Source of the DNA: Ginglymostoma cirratum
Taxonomy: Eukaryota
Assembly (NCBI GenBank): GCA_024137785.1
Contig: JAHRHZ010000211.1
Location: 538,012-602,011, forward strand
DNA length: 64,000 nt
Direction: 5' to 3'
A program made the position numbers and the translations under genes. Each line of letters begins with the position of its first letter. Within the stretch, counting starts at the first letter, position 1. Under the pieces are notes generated by a model. It was given only the letters and a program-made list of their open reading frames with translations. It was not told the origin of the DNA and ran no database searches. Of the stretch, positions 26,690 to 41,402 are shown piece after piece.

Positions 26690-27840
26690 AGAGTCATACA
26701 GCATGGAAAAAGAACCTTCAGTCCAAATAGTCCACACTAACCAGGTTCCCAAACTAAACTAGTCCCACCTGCCTGCATCTGGCCCATATTCCATCAAACC
26801 TTTCTTATTCATGAAATTATTTTTTTTTTTTTTTTTTAAATGTTATAACTGTACCTGCATCTGCTACTTTCTCAAGCAGTACATTCCACACAACCACACA
26901 CTGTTTAAAAAAAAGTTGCCCCTCATATCCTCTAAATCTTTCTCCTCCTCTCGCCTTAAAAATATGCCCCCTAGTTTTGAACTGCCCCACCCAAGGGAAA
27001 GGATTCTGGTCATTCACATTATCTATGCCCCTCATGATTTTTATAAGCCTCAATAAGGTCACCCCTCAACCTCTACACTCCAGTGAAAAAAGTCCCAGCC
27101 TTTCCAGTCTATTTTTATATCTCAAACCCTCCACTCCTGGCAACATCTTGGTAAATCTTTTCTGAACCATCTCCAATTTAATAACATCCTTTATATAACA
27201 GGGTGACTAGAACTGCACACAGTACTCCGGAAGAGGTCTTACCAACGTCCTGTACAACCTCAAGGATGTCCCAACTCCTATATTCGACTGTCTGCGCAAT
27301 GAAGGCAAAGTGTGCTAAATGCCTTCTGAACCACCAGGTTTACCCGTGATGGTAATTACAATAAATTATCTACCTGAACCCTTAGGTCTCTGTTCTACAA
27401 CACTATCCACTGCCTTACCAGCAATTGTATAAGTCATGTCCTTGTTTGCATTACCACAATGCAATACCTCACACGTATCCCAATTAAACTCCATCTACCA
27501 CTCCTCAGCCCATTGACCCAATTGATCAAGTCTCTTTGTAATCTTAGATAACCTTCTTCACTCTCCACTATACCACCAATTTTGGTGTCTTCCACAAACT
27601 TATTAACTATGCCCATGTTCACATTCAAATTATTTACATAAATGACGAAAGTGGACTCAATACTGATCCCCGTGGAACACCTTGGTCACAGTCCTCCAAT
27701 CCAAAAAACAACCCTCTACCGTCACCCTTTGTCTCCTTTCGTAAAGCCAATGTTGTATCCAACGGGCAAGCTCGTGCTGAATCCCAAGTGATTTAACTTT
27801 ACTAATTAGTATACCATGTGGAACCTTGTCAAAGGCTTGA
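26690..27840 (-). mobile_element. HER1/CR1 LINE 3' portion
   Basis: AFDKVPH and KFVEDTKIGG RT fragments plus 3' tail on the minus strand. Confidence 0.85.
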
Positions 27841-28004
27841 ACTGTTGCCATTCATACAGTGTAGGTACATCGACAGTGCTGTCACAAAGGAAATTCTATG
27901 CTCACCTGCTGCAGTGTGTAACATTTACAAAATCCATTGCAGAAATTTGAAGATCCTGAGACAAAATCTTCCAAACCCATAACTACTACTATCTAGAAGG
28001 ACAA

Positions 28005-28346
28005 GGGGAGACGACGGCCTAGTGTTATTATCACTGGACTGTTAACCTGGGGACCCGGGTTCGAATCTTGCCATGGTAGATGCTGGAATGTGAATTCAAT
28101 AAATATGTGGCATTAAAAAGATCCAGTGATGATTGTGAATCCATTGTTGATTGTCAGAAAAACCCATTTGGTTCACTAATGTCCATCATGGAGGGAAATC
28201 TGTCATCCTCACTGGTCTGGCCTACATGGGACTCCAGACCCACATCAATGTGTGGTTGACTCTGAACCGCCCTCTAGGCAATTAGGAACGGGCAGTAAAT
28301 GCTGCCTAGCCAGCGACACCTTCGTCCCACGAATGAATAAAGAAAA
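28005..28346 (+). mobile_element. tRNA-headed SINE (SacSINE1/DeuSINE-like) nested in an L2-like 3' fragment (about 27900-28590)
   Basis: B-box gggttcgaatc; same core and tail as 4665-5024. Confidence 0.75.
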
Positions 28347-29395
28347 CTAAATGGGAGCACCACTCCCTATAAGTTCCCCTCTAAGCAATTTACCATCGTG
28401 ACTTGGAAACATATTGTTTCTTCACTGTTACTGGATGAAATTCCTGGAACTCACTCCCCACTGGTACTGTGGGTCTAACTACAGCAAATCACAGTTCAAG
28501 GCAGCAGCTCAACATTACCTTCTCCACGATAACAGGAATAGGTAATGAATGTCACTGGCTGGTCCAGCATTTGTGTCCTATGAATTAACAGCTGCTCTGT
28601 GATCAGTTCTGCTTTATAAATGTTCTTTAAGCACTTTAGGATGCTTGACTATGTTAGAAGTGCAATACAAGTGCAACTGTTGGTGCACAGATTGTCCACC
28701 TACACCATCATCTCAGAGTTAGAATATTTGAACAGCTGCCCAGGCAGTGTTACTGAATAGGGTGTTCATCATTCCATCTGTTCTCAAAGACCAGGTTAAA
28801 TCTACCTCAGAATGTAGCAGAAACCATCTTAAAGTTCTTAGAGAATGCATTTGTTTAAAATTAGCATAGGAAGAATAAAAAAACCTTGCATTTATAGATT
28901 ATCTTTAACAAGAAAAGAATGAATCAAAATCTTTTCATGAAATGAAAAATTGGATACGGAGATGAAGGAGATCTTAGGATAAAGAGAAAAAGTTTGGATC
29001 AAGAACTGGAGAGAGTTCTACAGAGGAACACGGGCTACAATTGTCAATGGTGCCATAAAGGGTTAAAAGGAAGAACAAGAATCAGAATCAGAGACACCAA
29101 GTCCTGAGGATTGGTGGTAGGGAGCGGTTTGGCTTGCACAGATCAGAAAACATGAGGATGAGGTGTTGGGAGATAGGGATGCAAAGCAAGTCAGCAAGAA
29201 TTGGCTGACGAATAAGCAGGACAGGATGTAGGAAGCAGAGATCTGCATAAACTGAAGTTTACAGAGAACAGAGAATTAAAAATAAAATGGAATTTACGAT
29301 GGATCTTAGTAATTAAATATCTGATGGACAATTAATATTTAAATTTGTTATAGAGTATTTATAGATAAAAAGTTAAGTAAGTTAAAGCTGCCCTA

Positions 29396-29704
<309 letters not shown>

Positions 29705-30500
29705 TTACACAAAAGCACAGAAACCCATTCTTCATTTCCATTGATAGCCTCAGTGTTACATTTTTAAATACAAAACACATTAGACATACTTGTAAATACA
29801 CGCACATACTGGTCAGTAAATTCTGCCATATTCTGTCACAAGAAGAAAATTCAAACGATGCAGAGTTAATACACAGTTCATTCACTAGAGAACAGTGTTA
29901 GAATTCAGGTTAAAAGTGAAGCGATTTCATGAATAACCCACCTTTGTTCCTATGACCCAAGGAAGAATTGGAATTAAGGTTAACCTCAACATTCTCAATC
30001 TAATTTCATACACGCCAGTCCACAGCATAACACTCCAAAAGAAGTGTTTCATCGTGAATTTGACTCAGAGCCTCCGAGAGAAATGAGAAGAGCTGAGTTG
30101 CTTGAAGACTGAAGTGACATTTTCCATATCCTGAAGAACTTTGGAGGATGAAATACATACAAGGGCAATGTTTTGGGAAAAGCTTCTTCTGACCGTCCTC
30201 AGTGATCTTTACTCTGCTCTGCAGGATGGAGTTACTTTTCAACAATTATAACTTTGGCTTCACTAAGTGAGGGGAATTAAATTATATCGTTAATTGTAGT
30301 TAGTTGTTAAACAGCTTTTGTAGGCAAGAAAGCATATGCCCCAATTCAAAAGTAAAGTTTATGTCCGCTTGCTGTTTCATCGAACAGGTTTATAGGACAT
30401 TACAGCACAGTACAGGCCCTTCGGCCTTCGACGTTGTGCCAACCTGTGAAACAAATCTGAAGCCCATCAAACCTACGCTGTTCCCTTATCATCCATCTGT

Positions 30501-30900
30501 NNNNNNNNNNNNNNNNNNNNNNNNNNNNNNNNNNNNNNNNNNNNNNNNNNNNNNNNNNNNNNNNNNNNNNNNNNNNNNNNNNNNNNNNNNNNNNNNNNNN
30601 NNNNNNNNNNNNNNNNNNNNNNNNNNNNNNNNNNNNNNNNNNNNNNNNNNNNNNNNNNNNNNNNNNNNNNNNNNNNNNNNNNNNNNNNNNNNNNNNNNNN
30701 NNNNNNNNNNNNNNNNNNNNNNNNNNNNNNNNNNNNNNNNNNNNNNNNNNNNNNNNNNNNNNNNNNNNNNNNNNNNNNNNNNNNNNNNNNNNNNNNNNNN
30801 NNNNNNNNNNNNNNNNNNNNNNNNNNNNNNNNNNNNNNNNNNNNNNNNNNNNNNNNNNNNNNNNNNNNNNNNNNNNNNNNNNNNNNNNNNNNNNNNNNNN
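30501..30900. other. Assembly gap (400 N)
   Basis: Run of N, flanked by inverted LINE tails at about 30390-30500 and 30901-31010. Confidence 1.
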
Positions 30901-32344
30901 ACAGATGGATGATAAGGGAACAGCGTAGGTTTGATGGGCTTCAGATTGTTGTGCCGACCTGCGAAACTATCGAGGGCCGAAGGGCCTGTACTGCGCTGTA
31001 ATGTTCTACGGATTATCATATAAAATGATTAACTTGTCAAGGAATGAATGATGAGATAGTAGAGAAATATCACTCAGATGACTATTAACTTGAAAGAAAC
31101 CAATAGGAATTAGCCATAGACTACACAGCCAATCCGAGATTGACTGTAAACAAAAAAAAAAAAAAAACCAAACAGTGTGGATGCCGAACAGCAAAAGCAA
31201 CATTAGAAACTGCTGTAAAAACTCAATGTTGGGACCATTTATGGAGAGTTATTGTTTCAGGTCCAGTGACTCTTCGACAATTGTAGCTATGAAAAGGTTG
31301 GTACAAATGCTCAACAAGGGATGGGGCGGGAAAGGAGTAAAAGATAGGTGGGAATGGAGCCCAGAGACAGAAAAACAGTTGGACAGACACAAGGAAAGGG
31401 TAAAGGTCAGCTTGAGATTGACCATGATTTTTGCCCTAAAAAGCCAACACGAGTTTAAATGCTTCTGATAACGGCTTGGGGGCAGCAGTTAATAAGGGTT
31501 AATAAGACCTGGTTCTTAGTGCATGGATTGCAGAAGAATGAAGAAAGATTAATGGTGAATTGTTCAGTATTTTTGAGTCAGGGTTCTTTAGAAACCAGTA
31601 CAAGTGTGTGTGGTCCCGGAATGCTAATGGGAATCTATTGCACTGGGGAGAAGTTTTATGAACAGACAGGGTAAACGTTGAAGAATATCACCTTGTCTTC
31701 AGTTGGAAGGATGAGGGATTGCTCGTTTATCAGTTAGGAAAAGACACAGCTTAGAAGTCTCACGGCTTCAGTTTGCAGATGTCCTGAAATTGGATGTATG
31801 GAACAGCTCTCAGAACACGGAAGACAGTTCAGAACAGTGTGAAAGAGATAACATGAGTAAAGGCTTAGTTTGATGTTACAGACCAGAAGTGTTTGTTTGA
31901 ACCCTGAAGGAGTTATTTGAAGCTGAGAAAATCTAAGGTCCGTTGTGTTAATCGTCACTGAAGAGGCTATCAAGCTCTCAAGGCCAGGTGTTAAAAGCAA
32001 TAGTTAAGTCAAACCTTTCAATGTGATGGGAAGGGAATTTTCTTTGGTGTGAGAGCACTGTAAAGGTTTGCTGCTGGCATAGATGGTGGGTTGTATTTTT
32101 ACTTTGTTCCAAAATCTTTCAAATTGTATTATATATAAATAGCTTAGTTTATCCTGTTTTATCTCCATTTCTTTTGCATAATAAACTTCTACTTTATTGT
32201 TCAAACCAAATCTGCAGCATTGCAGCTTCTGCTTCAGTCAGAGAACACCTTGTTAAAGAAAACAAAATATAATCAATCAATACAGATATCAGTCTCAGAC
32301 CTGACTTGTCTGGTAATAACATCAGCTGACATCAGAAGCCATTA

Positions 32345-32625
32345 AATCTGAAATTGTGAAAAAAAAATGAGTCCAAGTAATGGTGACCATGAAACTATCA
32401 TCGATCATTATCAAAACCAATCCGGGTCATTGATATTCATTAGAGAAGGAAACGTGCCATGCTTATCTGGTTTGGTCTACACGTGACTCCAGACCCACAG
32501 CAATGTGAATGATTCGTCACTGCTATCCACAACAGCCTAGTAAACCACTCAGTTCAAGAGCAATTAGGATGGGGAACAAATGCTGGCCTTTCCAGCCATG
32601 TCCACCTCCCAGGAAAGAAAAAAAA
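32345..32625 (+). mobile_element. Degenerate SINE core and tail (SacSINE1-like)
   Basis: gtgactccagacccacagcaatgtg core and gcaattaggatgggg tail. Confidence 0.65.
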
Positions 32626-33141
32626 TCATAGCCGAACGCCTTACTGCCCTCAGCGCGCACAGATATACTTTTCACGTCAACGATCAAGAATTCTGTTGAG
32701 TTTCATCCCTTCTAATGACGGACGCCTGAGTTCTGGCTGCAAGGCATGTGGATGAAACTTGGAATCTCCTGCTCAGTATGGATTGACATCAGACTTGGTA
32801 GCACATTTACCCAATAAAACAAAAAATTAAGAGCAGAAGTCTCCAAGTTTCTCATTTAGGGGCATTCACAGTGGGCAGAGGGTCCCTGTTTACTTAATGC
32901 AGGTCCACTGACCTGAGGAAGAACATAAAAGGCTGTTAGAGAAAAAGAAGTTGTTGCGATGTTGCTTTGGATGTCCAAAGAGAAACATGCAACCATCTGG
33001 GAAGAGATTCTCTCATCACTTGACGCAAGTACATTAGTTTTTAGGGTGAAGGAGAGTATACACAGCTGTGAGACAGCAACAGTACCAGTCAGCCTTGAAG
33101 TCTCTTACACTAGTTTCTACAATATCACCACGTACACTAAC

Positions 33142-33325
33142 CTGGCCTTCTCGCTGGCATCAGTTCGATGTACATTGGAAAGCTGGCCCAGGCAGAAGCG
33201 ATCTCCTCCTGAAGGATCCACATAGCCATCGACTGTCACTACTGGACAGCTAGAGGGAACTTTGAACATCTCTCCCACTTGCATGTCCATTTCGAAGTAT
33301 GTGATTGAACACCAGAACTCGGGGC
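33142..33325 (-). CDS. smad10: smad10 MH2 exon (184 nt): (G)[60 protein letters not shown](R)
   Basis: tgtag| acceptor, AG|gttagt donor. Co-Smad MH2 start. Confidence 0.96.
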
Positions 33326-33559
33326 CTACAGAAGGGTGAATATGACAGGACAGAGCGAAGAAGATGCAAACAAACCAATGGGTAGAGGGAAAAGAAAATG
33401 TTGACACTTGTACAAACACCGCTGATAGTCTGCTGCACACCAATTACTATGCACAGTTCTAGGTTCTATATAAGTAGATAAGTTAAGGATTATATAATAA
33501 AATGGCCAATAAAAGTAATAAATCTGAGATGGCAAGTTTTCGGAATACAGGAAAAGACG

Positions 33560-36130
33560 ACCAAGAAACTGAGAAGAAAAGGAACAGAATATGAACACAA
33601 TCTAGCAAGAAACAACTGGACTGTAAAAGCTTCTACAGGTTCATAAAAGGATATGTTCAGCTTAGACAAATGCAGATCTATTTACAGGCAGAGCTGGGAA
33701 AACTTAAAATTGATAAATAGAGAAATGGCAGAGAAGCTAAATGATTACTTTGTGTCTAATTTCAGACAATAAGATATAGGAGCATAATTAGGCCATTTGG
33801 CCCATTAGGTCTGCTCTGCCATAGCTGAGGAAGATACAAAACATCTCCCAAAAGTAGAGATCCAAGGGACAAGGGAGAACGAGGAGTTGAAGGAAACTAG
33901 CAATACTAAGATTATACTGAATAAATTAACAACATCAAAAATTAATAAATCCCCAGGACCTGACAGTCTACATCCCAGTGTGTCGAAGGAGTGGCTACTG
34001 AGATAGCGTATGAAGATGTGATGACCTTTCAAAATTCCAACGATACTACAGTGATTCCTGCAGATTAGAAGCTAGCAAATATCACTGCACTATTCAAGAA
34101 GGCAGTGAAAGAATACAGGGAACCACAGACCTGCTCGCAGTACATTAGTATATACCCAGAGTGTCATTAATTCATACAGCACGGAAACAGACCCTTCGAT
34201 TCAACTTGTCTGGGCCACCAGACACCCCAACTTGACTTAGTCTCAGTTGCCGGCATTTGGCCCATATCCTTCTAAACACCACCTATTCACATCCCATTCA
34301 GGTACATTTTAAATGTTGTAATAATACCAGCCTCCACCACTTCCTCTGGCAGCTTGTTTCATATACGTACCACCCTCTACATGAAAAATGTTACCCCTTC
34401 CGGTCCTTTTCAAAACGTTCCCCTCTCACCTGAAACCTATGCCCTCTGGTTTTCAGCTCCCCCACCCTAAGAGAAGGAGCCGGATTATTCAACCTACCCA
34501 TGCCCCTCATGATTTTATAAACTTGTATAAGGTCACCCCTCAGCCTCCAATACTCCAGGGTAAAAAGCCTCAGCCTATTCAGCCTCTTGCTATAAATCAA
34601 ACCCTTTAGTCCCAGTAACATCCCTGTAAACTTTTCTGCACCCTCTCAAGTTTAACAAAATCCTTACTATAGAAGGGTGACCAGAATTGTATGCAGTATT
34701 CAAAAAGTGGCATCACCAATGCCCTATACAGCTGCAACATGACAACCTAACTCCTGTACTCAATGCGATGACCAATGAAGGCAAGTATGCCAAATACCTT
34801 TTCACCACCCTGTTTAGCTGTGACTCCACTTTCAAGGAACTATGCACCTGCACCCCTAGGTCTTGGTTCAGCAACACTCCCCAGGGCCCTATAATTAACT
34901 GCACAAGTCCTACCCTGATTTACCTTACCAAAATGCAACAATTCACATTTATCTAAATTAAATTCCATCTGCTGTTCCTTGGCCCAATAGTCAGGGATAT
35001 GCTAGAATCTATTATAAAGGATGGATAGATACCTGGATAAAGATGATCTTGTTAGGCGTAATCAATATGGTTTGCGAATGGGAAATTGTGTTTGATGAAC
35101 TTGTTTCAGCTTTTTGGCAATGTTACAAAAAATTTATAAAGAGGATTGAAGGACACAGTATACTTAGATTTTCAAGAGGTTTTTGATAAGATTCAAAGTT
35201 TGAGGGGCACAGACAGGAAGAAGTGTTTTCCATTTAGTAGAAAGGTCAGTAACTAGGGGCACAGTTTTAAAGGTAAGGAACAGGACATCTGGACAAGATT
35301 TGAGGAAAATCTTTCACATGGAGGATGGCGAATATCTGGAACTCACTGCTAAAAAGGTGGTAGAGGCAGGTAAATGGATGGCTACTTAAAACGTCATGGC
35401 ATAAAAAGTTCCAGATCAAACGCTGGAAAATGGGAATCGAATAGATACTTGATGATCAGATGTGCACAGAGTGCGCAGAAGGGCCTTTTGCCATGTTGTA
35501 AAACTTTTATTACTCTAACTCCATGACTCCATTCCCATGGAAGGCTGGGTAGCTAGTTAAAGCACACTGGGTAAGTGGTAATAGATTAATAGAGGTAATA
35601 GGAGAAATTATCGATCGGCTAACGACAGAAAACAGAACAGGAATAAATGTCATCATTCTTGTGTTAGCAGGTTGTGACTAGTGGGGTACGACAAAGATCA
35701 GCACTTGGGCCCCAGCTATTCACGATGTTTATCGATAATTTGGAGGTGGGAACAAATGCAATATTTCCCAATTTTCAGAGAATACCAAGCTAAGCAGGAA
35801 GATGAACAAGAGCTTCAGGAGGATTTGGACATGCTTCCTGACTGGGCACAAAGACGGCAGATGGGACAACGTGGAAGAAAACAAGGTACCTGTTTTGGTC
35901 GGAGGTACAGATGTACAGAGCATTTCTTAAATGGTAAGGGAACAAAGAAGGGACCCAGGTGTCCTTGTTGATAAGTCATTAAGAGATAACGTGCAGGTAC
36001 AGCAAGCTATCAGGAAGGCTAATGGAATGATGGTCTTTATTGCGAGACAATTTGAATACAGTAGTTAGGTCTTACTTCAACTGTCTCGCAATAAAGACCA
36101 TCTTGGTTAGATCGCAACTGAAGTGTGCGT
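33560..36130 (+). mobile_element. Decayed CR1 LINE interrupted by a minus-strand HER1 fragment (about 34165-34990) and another LINE 3' end (about 35190-35530)
   Basis: aaatccccaggacctgac (KSPGPD) and RT motifs resume on both sides of the nested pieces. Confidence 0.75.
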
Positions 36131-36362
36131 GCACTTCAGGAAAGATATTTATGAAAATATGGAGCAAATGATAGATATCTCTCAGGGGAAGCTATAATAT
36201 AAATATAAAAAGGAGAAGGAAACAGAAGGATATATCGATGGGGTTTGATGAAAAGAGCTGGGAGGAGACTCATGCCAAGTATAAACAACAGCATAGACAT
36301 GGTCAGTCCAAGTGAACAGTTTGCGTCGTTTATTCCACATATACTTGGAAAGGCTGAATTAC

Positions 36363-36416
36363 CTGGATGGTTGGACAGCGACTGTTGATAGGAGGCTCCA
36401 TTGTGATGTGAAGAGC
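36363..36416 (-). CDS. smad10: smad10 linker exon (54 nt): (C)SSHHNGASYQQSLSNHP(G)
   Basis: ctctag| acceptor, CAG|gtaatt donor. Ends in SNHP directly before MH2, as in Smad4. Phase 1-1. Confidence 0.88.
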
Positions 36417-37389
36417 CTAGAGTGACAAGTGACCAGTGTTATAAAGCCCAATGATTCGAAAATCACTTATGCGCTCCCAATTTTAACAAGTTTTATCAGA
36501 AGTTATAGGGAAGTTAATCTGAATTTGAAATATTTTTCAGTTTGTAATTCACATAAATTCAAATTGTAATTCCTAACAACTCGTGCTGAAAAATGAATTT
36601 GTTAAATGAGACAAAAAGGTGGTTATCTAAAGTTTCCTAGTGGTTTATACATTGATCTGGAAATTCTTCATGGTGCAACACCATGAAAATTATAGCTTCC
36701 TCTCATCATGACAATGATCAGAACTCTGAAGTACTTATTGAACTTTTAACTTCAACATGCTTTTCCTAAAACAGAACTGCTACGCCAGCCAAAAGATGAA
36801 GGTGGATGTAAATTCAGCAACTGTTTGGCAGAGTCCTGTGTGAACCCATGGAATGTCAAGCTGGACAAAATCAGGGATACTCAAGAAACTCAAAACAGAA
36901 AGACTAAGAGGGTGGGGATCATAAGAGGTTGATAACTGCTCCTGCTCACCCACCTACCGACTCAGCAGGGAGCCAGCAACTTCAGATCTGTTTGTGCTTT
37001 TATATATCCCTGGAAGGGTAAAACAAAATTAAAAAACAAATGCAACTCCAGGTCTTTGTTAGTTTTTTTTGTCAGCTGCTGCGGGTTAGCAAAAAATTCC
37101 CAAGCCTCTGGCCTCCCACTAGTTTCTGCTGCTTTATGTGACATAGTAAGTGACTGAATATTCTCCTTGGCTGAATTTGTTAACCATGGAGTTGTTCAAC
37201 CTTCTCAAAGTTCTCTTTAACCAGAATAAATTTTTGCTGAGCATTACAAAATATCTGATTAAAATGTCTGCCATGTCAACTGATCTTCGCCTTGGTCTAT
37301 TTTCCCAGCCTACTTCAAACTTCTGTAATTACTTATATAGGTCGAGGTTATTGTCTTGCTCTTTCTCCATCTCCATCTCCATCTCCCCC

Positions 37390-38220
37390 ACCCAGTGGCA
37401 GGAAATCACTAGTGAGGTACTGCAAGGTTCAGTGCTTGGATCCCAACTGTTCACAATATGTAAAAATGTCCTGGATGAGGGAACTAAATGCAATATTTCC
37501 GGTTTCGCAGATGACACAAAACTGGACAGGAAAGTGAGCTATAAGGAGGATGCAAAGAGGCTTCAACATGACTCAGATGAGTTGAGTGGTGGGCAAACAC
37601 ATAGCAGATGCAGTACAATGTGGCTAAATGTGAAGATATGCATTAGTGTGAAAAACATAAAGGCAAAGGATTACTTAAGTGCTGATTCATTGGAAAGTGT
37701 GGATGTACAAAAGGATTTGGGTGCCCTTGGACACCAGTCAATGAAGGTAGACATGTTAGCGCAGCAAGCAATTAGGAAGGCAATTAGTATTTTGGTGTTT
37801 GCGAGAGGATTGGAGTCCAGGAGTTGGGATGTCTTGCTGCAGTTGTACACGAAGTTTTGATCTCCCTGAGAAAAGATATACATACCATAGAGGGAGTGCA
37901 GTGAAGGGTCACTAGGGTCATACCAGGGATGGCAGGATAGTCACATGAACAGAAATCAGTTGGACTGGACCTGCATTCGTTAGAGTTTAGAAGGATCGGG
38001 GGCGGGGGTGGTGGTGGTGGTGGTGGTGGTGATTTGATATATCAACGATTCAACAGGGCTGGACAGACTAGACGTCCGGAGGACCTTTTCCCAGGCTGGG
38101 GATGTAGTCTCAAAATATGGGGGTAGGCCAGCTAAGACTGAGATGAAGAAAAAATTCTTTAAAGGATATGGAACCTGTGGAATTCTCTAAAAATGGCTGA
38201 GAGGGCTGGGTCACTGGGCA
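37390..38220 (+). mobile_element. CR1 LINE RT and 3' fragment
   Basis: QGSVLG..LF and FADDTKL RT motifs in ORF 37150..37860. Confidence 0.85.
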
Positions 38221-40710
38221 TTTCATGCAGTCTTTCTCCATCTAAAAGATATTCAGCTCTTGTATTTTCCTGCCAAAGTACATAACCCCACATTTTCCTC
38301 CATTATATTCTAAGTTTTTGCCCACTCAGTCTATCTTTATCCATTTCCAGATTCTGTGCGTCACCTTCACCGCTTGCTTTCCCATCTATTTTTATGTCAT
38401 CCAGAAACCTGGCTACAGTATATTCACTTCCCTCGTTTAAATCAGCATCTTTGGGCAACACCTTGGTTAGCACTGGTGCCTCAGAGCACCAGGTTCAATC
38501 TCAGCCTCTGGTGACCGTCTGTGTGGAGTGTGCACGTTCTCCCTATGTCTGTGTAGGTTTCCTCTGGCTGCTCCAGTATCCTTGCACAGTCCATTGATAT
38601 GCAGGTTAGGTGAAATGGTCATTCTAAATTGTCTGTAGTGTCCAGACTGGATGGGTTAGCCATGGTAATGTGAGGTTACGGGGACAGGGTGGGGTTCTCG
38701 GTCGGTAGGTGCAGACTCAACAGACCGAATGACCTCTTTCCACACTACGGGTTCTACGAAGTCATTTAGATACATTGCAAATAATTGTGGCCCCAGCGCT
38801 GAGTTCTGTGGCACTCCACGAGCTACACGTTGCCATCCTGAAAACGAGCCCCACCCCTTTATTGCAACTATGTTTTCTGTTAGTTGCTCATCTTTGCTTA
38901 CCAATATAATGCCCCCGACACCATAGACTCTTATGTTATTAAGTAGCCTTATCCACGGTACCTTCTTGAACACCTTTTGGAAATCAAAATACATCTACTG
39001 GTTTTTTTTTTCCTATTCACTCACAGGACATGGGCATCTTTGGCTGGCCAGCATTTATTGCCCATCTCTAGCTGGTTTTGAAATCCATGGCTTGCTAGGC
39101 CATTTCAGAGGACAGTTGAAAGTCAATGTTACCAATGTGGTAACATTGCAGACAGTCTGGACTCACATGTAGGCTAGACCAGGTGAGGATGGCAGACTCC
39201 TTTCTCTGATGGGCATTAGAGAGCCAGATGGGTGCTTCTGACAATCAGTAGTGGTTTCATAGTCACCAGTAGATTCTTAATTCCAGATTTTCTTTTGAGT
39301 TCAAATTCCACCATCTGCTGGTGGGATTCGAACAAGTCTCCCCAGAGTATTAGCAGATTTTCTGGATTAATATTCTAGCAATACCACCACTAAAGTCATC
39401 ACCTCCCTTTTATCTATCCCACCTGTCATCTTCACAAAGAATCCTAAGATTTGTCAGCCCCGCTTTTCCCTTCATGAAGTCATGTTGGCTCTGCTGGATC
39501 ATGTTATGGATTGCTAAATGCTCTGCTATTAGATCGTTTATAACAGACTTTAACATGATAGATGTTAAGCTAATTGGTCTATGGTTACCGATTTTTCACT
39601 TCCCACCCTTTTCGAATAACATTGGCAATTTTCTCATCCCCTGGGACATTTCCAGAATCTAAGGACTCTTGGAGGACTACTACCAGTGCATCCAATATCT
39701 CTGTAGCTATTTCATTTAAAATCCTAGGATGCAACACAAAAAGACTAAAGGTACTCAGCAGCATTTAGCCTTACTTGTTTCCCTAGTACTTTCTCTTTAG
39801 TGATAGTGTATTTATTGCAACTTCACCCCCATCCCCTTGGATTATTTTGTATCTTTGGAATGCTATTAAAGTCCTCCACCTAAAAATTTTCACAAAGCAT
39901 TCATTCAATTCTTTTGCCATTTCCTGATTCCCAATTATTTCTTCCCCGGCCTCATTCTTTAAGGGGATTATACCGACTTCAGTCTCTCTTCCTTTTTATA
40001 CAGTTAATGAAACTTTTACTTTTCATTTTTATATTACTTGCTATTTTATGGTCATAGTTTCTGCTTTCATTATTTTTGGGTCATTTTTTGTTAGTTTATA
40101 TAATTTTCCCTATTCTCCAATTTGAGTCAGACTTATACAGCGCGGAAACGAACACTTCAGTCCGCCTCATCTGCGCCAACCAGATATCCTAAACTGATCT
40201 TGTCCTATTTGCCATCATTGGGCCATATCCCTCTAAACCTTTCTTATTCATGTCCAGGTGCCTTTGAAATGGCACAATTGTACCTGCTCCACCACCTCCT
40301 CTGGCAGCTTATTCCATATATGTACTGCCCTCTTCATGAAAAGGTTGCCCCTCAGGTCTATTTTAAATCTTGCCCCCTCACCTTAAACTTATGCCCACTA
40401 GTTTTGGACTTCTCTGTGCTTTTTTGGGGGGGGGGGGGGGAAAGAGAGACCATGGCTATTCACCCCACCCATGCCCCTTCTGACTTCACATACATCTAGA
40501 AGGTCACCTCAGCCTCCAAAACCCCAGGGAAAAAAGCCCTTTGTGTTTTTCAATCAATTATTATCTTTGACATCCTTGACTATGTGGTTGGTTTATACCC
40601 TTCCTAGAACCCTTCTTCGTCACTGAAATGTATTGTTGCTGAGTGAGCCATGAACAATTTTCTTCAATGTTTTGTACAGTTCCTCAGCCATCTTTTCTGC
40701 TAAGAGTCTT
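38220..40710 (-). mobile_element. Decayed CR1 LINE with nested HE1 SINE (38452-38760, +), SacSINE1-like SINE (39002-39407, -) and HER1 3' end (40125-40540, -)
   Basis: YFDFQKVFKKVP and GVPQNSALGPQLF RT motifs on the minus strand; SINE heads recognisable. Confidence 0.75.
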
Positions 40711-41402
40711 TCATAGTCCACTCAAGCAAGGGGTGAACGATGCTGCCAAACCAAATAAAGACTTTGGTTAAGGCTCTTTCTACAAGGTGGTTGCAGTTCA
40801 GGAGGGGGCAATGCAAGCTTACAAGGCAAAAAGGATGTGGCAGCACTGCAGAGCAGCTATTTTGATAACAGGAGCTGACTTCAAATTTAGGAGTACCTGC
40901 TGTTAAAACCGTCATCCATACCTTCACTGCCAGACTTAGTGATTGCAATGGATCCCTGGCTAAAAACGCTCATTCGCCAGGCATTTCAGGCCATCCAATT
41001 CAACCTGACATGCAGTCTCATTTATCCACTGTTCCTCTCCTTACAGACCAATACTAATTGCTGGTGTTGGCCATGATCTACACAGGTGATTCTCATACTA
41101 AGTTAGAAAGGCTATGGCTTTATGGCTTTGCGTCCACCCCAAAGAGTTGAGTGCATAATCTGGGCTAATTCCACAGTCAGTACTGAAAATACACTCAGCT
41201 ATCAGACATGCAATGTTTCCACTGAGATGCCAATGAAAGCTTTCTTAGATTAATAATTTTAAAAAAGTCAATAAGACCCTGCCCAATTTATTGCGAACCT
41301 GTTAATTTTGCTAAAAGCAAGAAAAGTAGTCAACTAACGATGACAACATTTCTGCAAGTACACTTCCAGGATTTCAAAAGTGACACGATAAGGTTTACTC
41401 AC

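Noticed and set aside
30304-31019. Long ORFs of 202 aa and 176 aa
   Set aside because: They read through the N gap; the flanks are LINE tails.
37150-37860. 236-aa ORF, the longest in the track
   Set aside because: A decayed CR1 RT fragment fused by chance to an antisense repeat piece; not a host gene.
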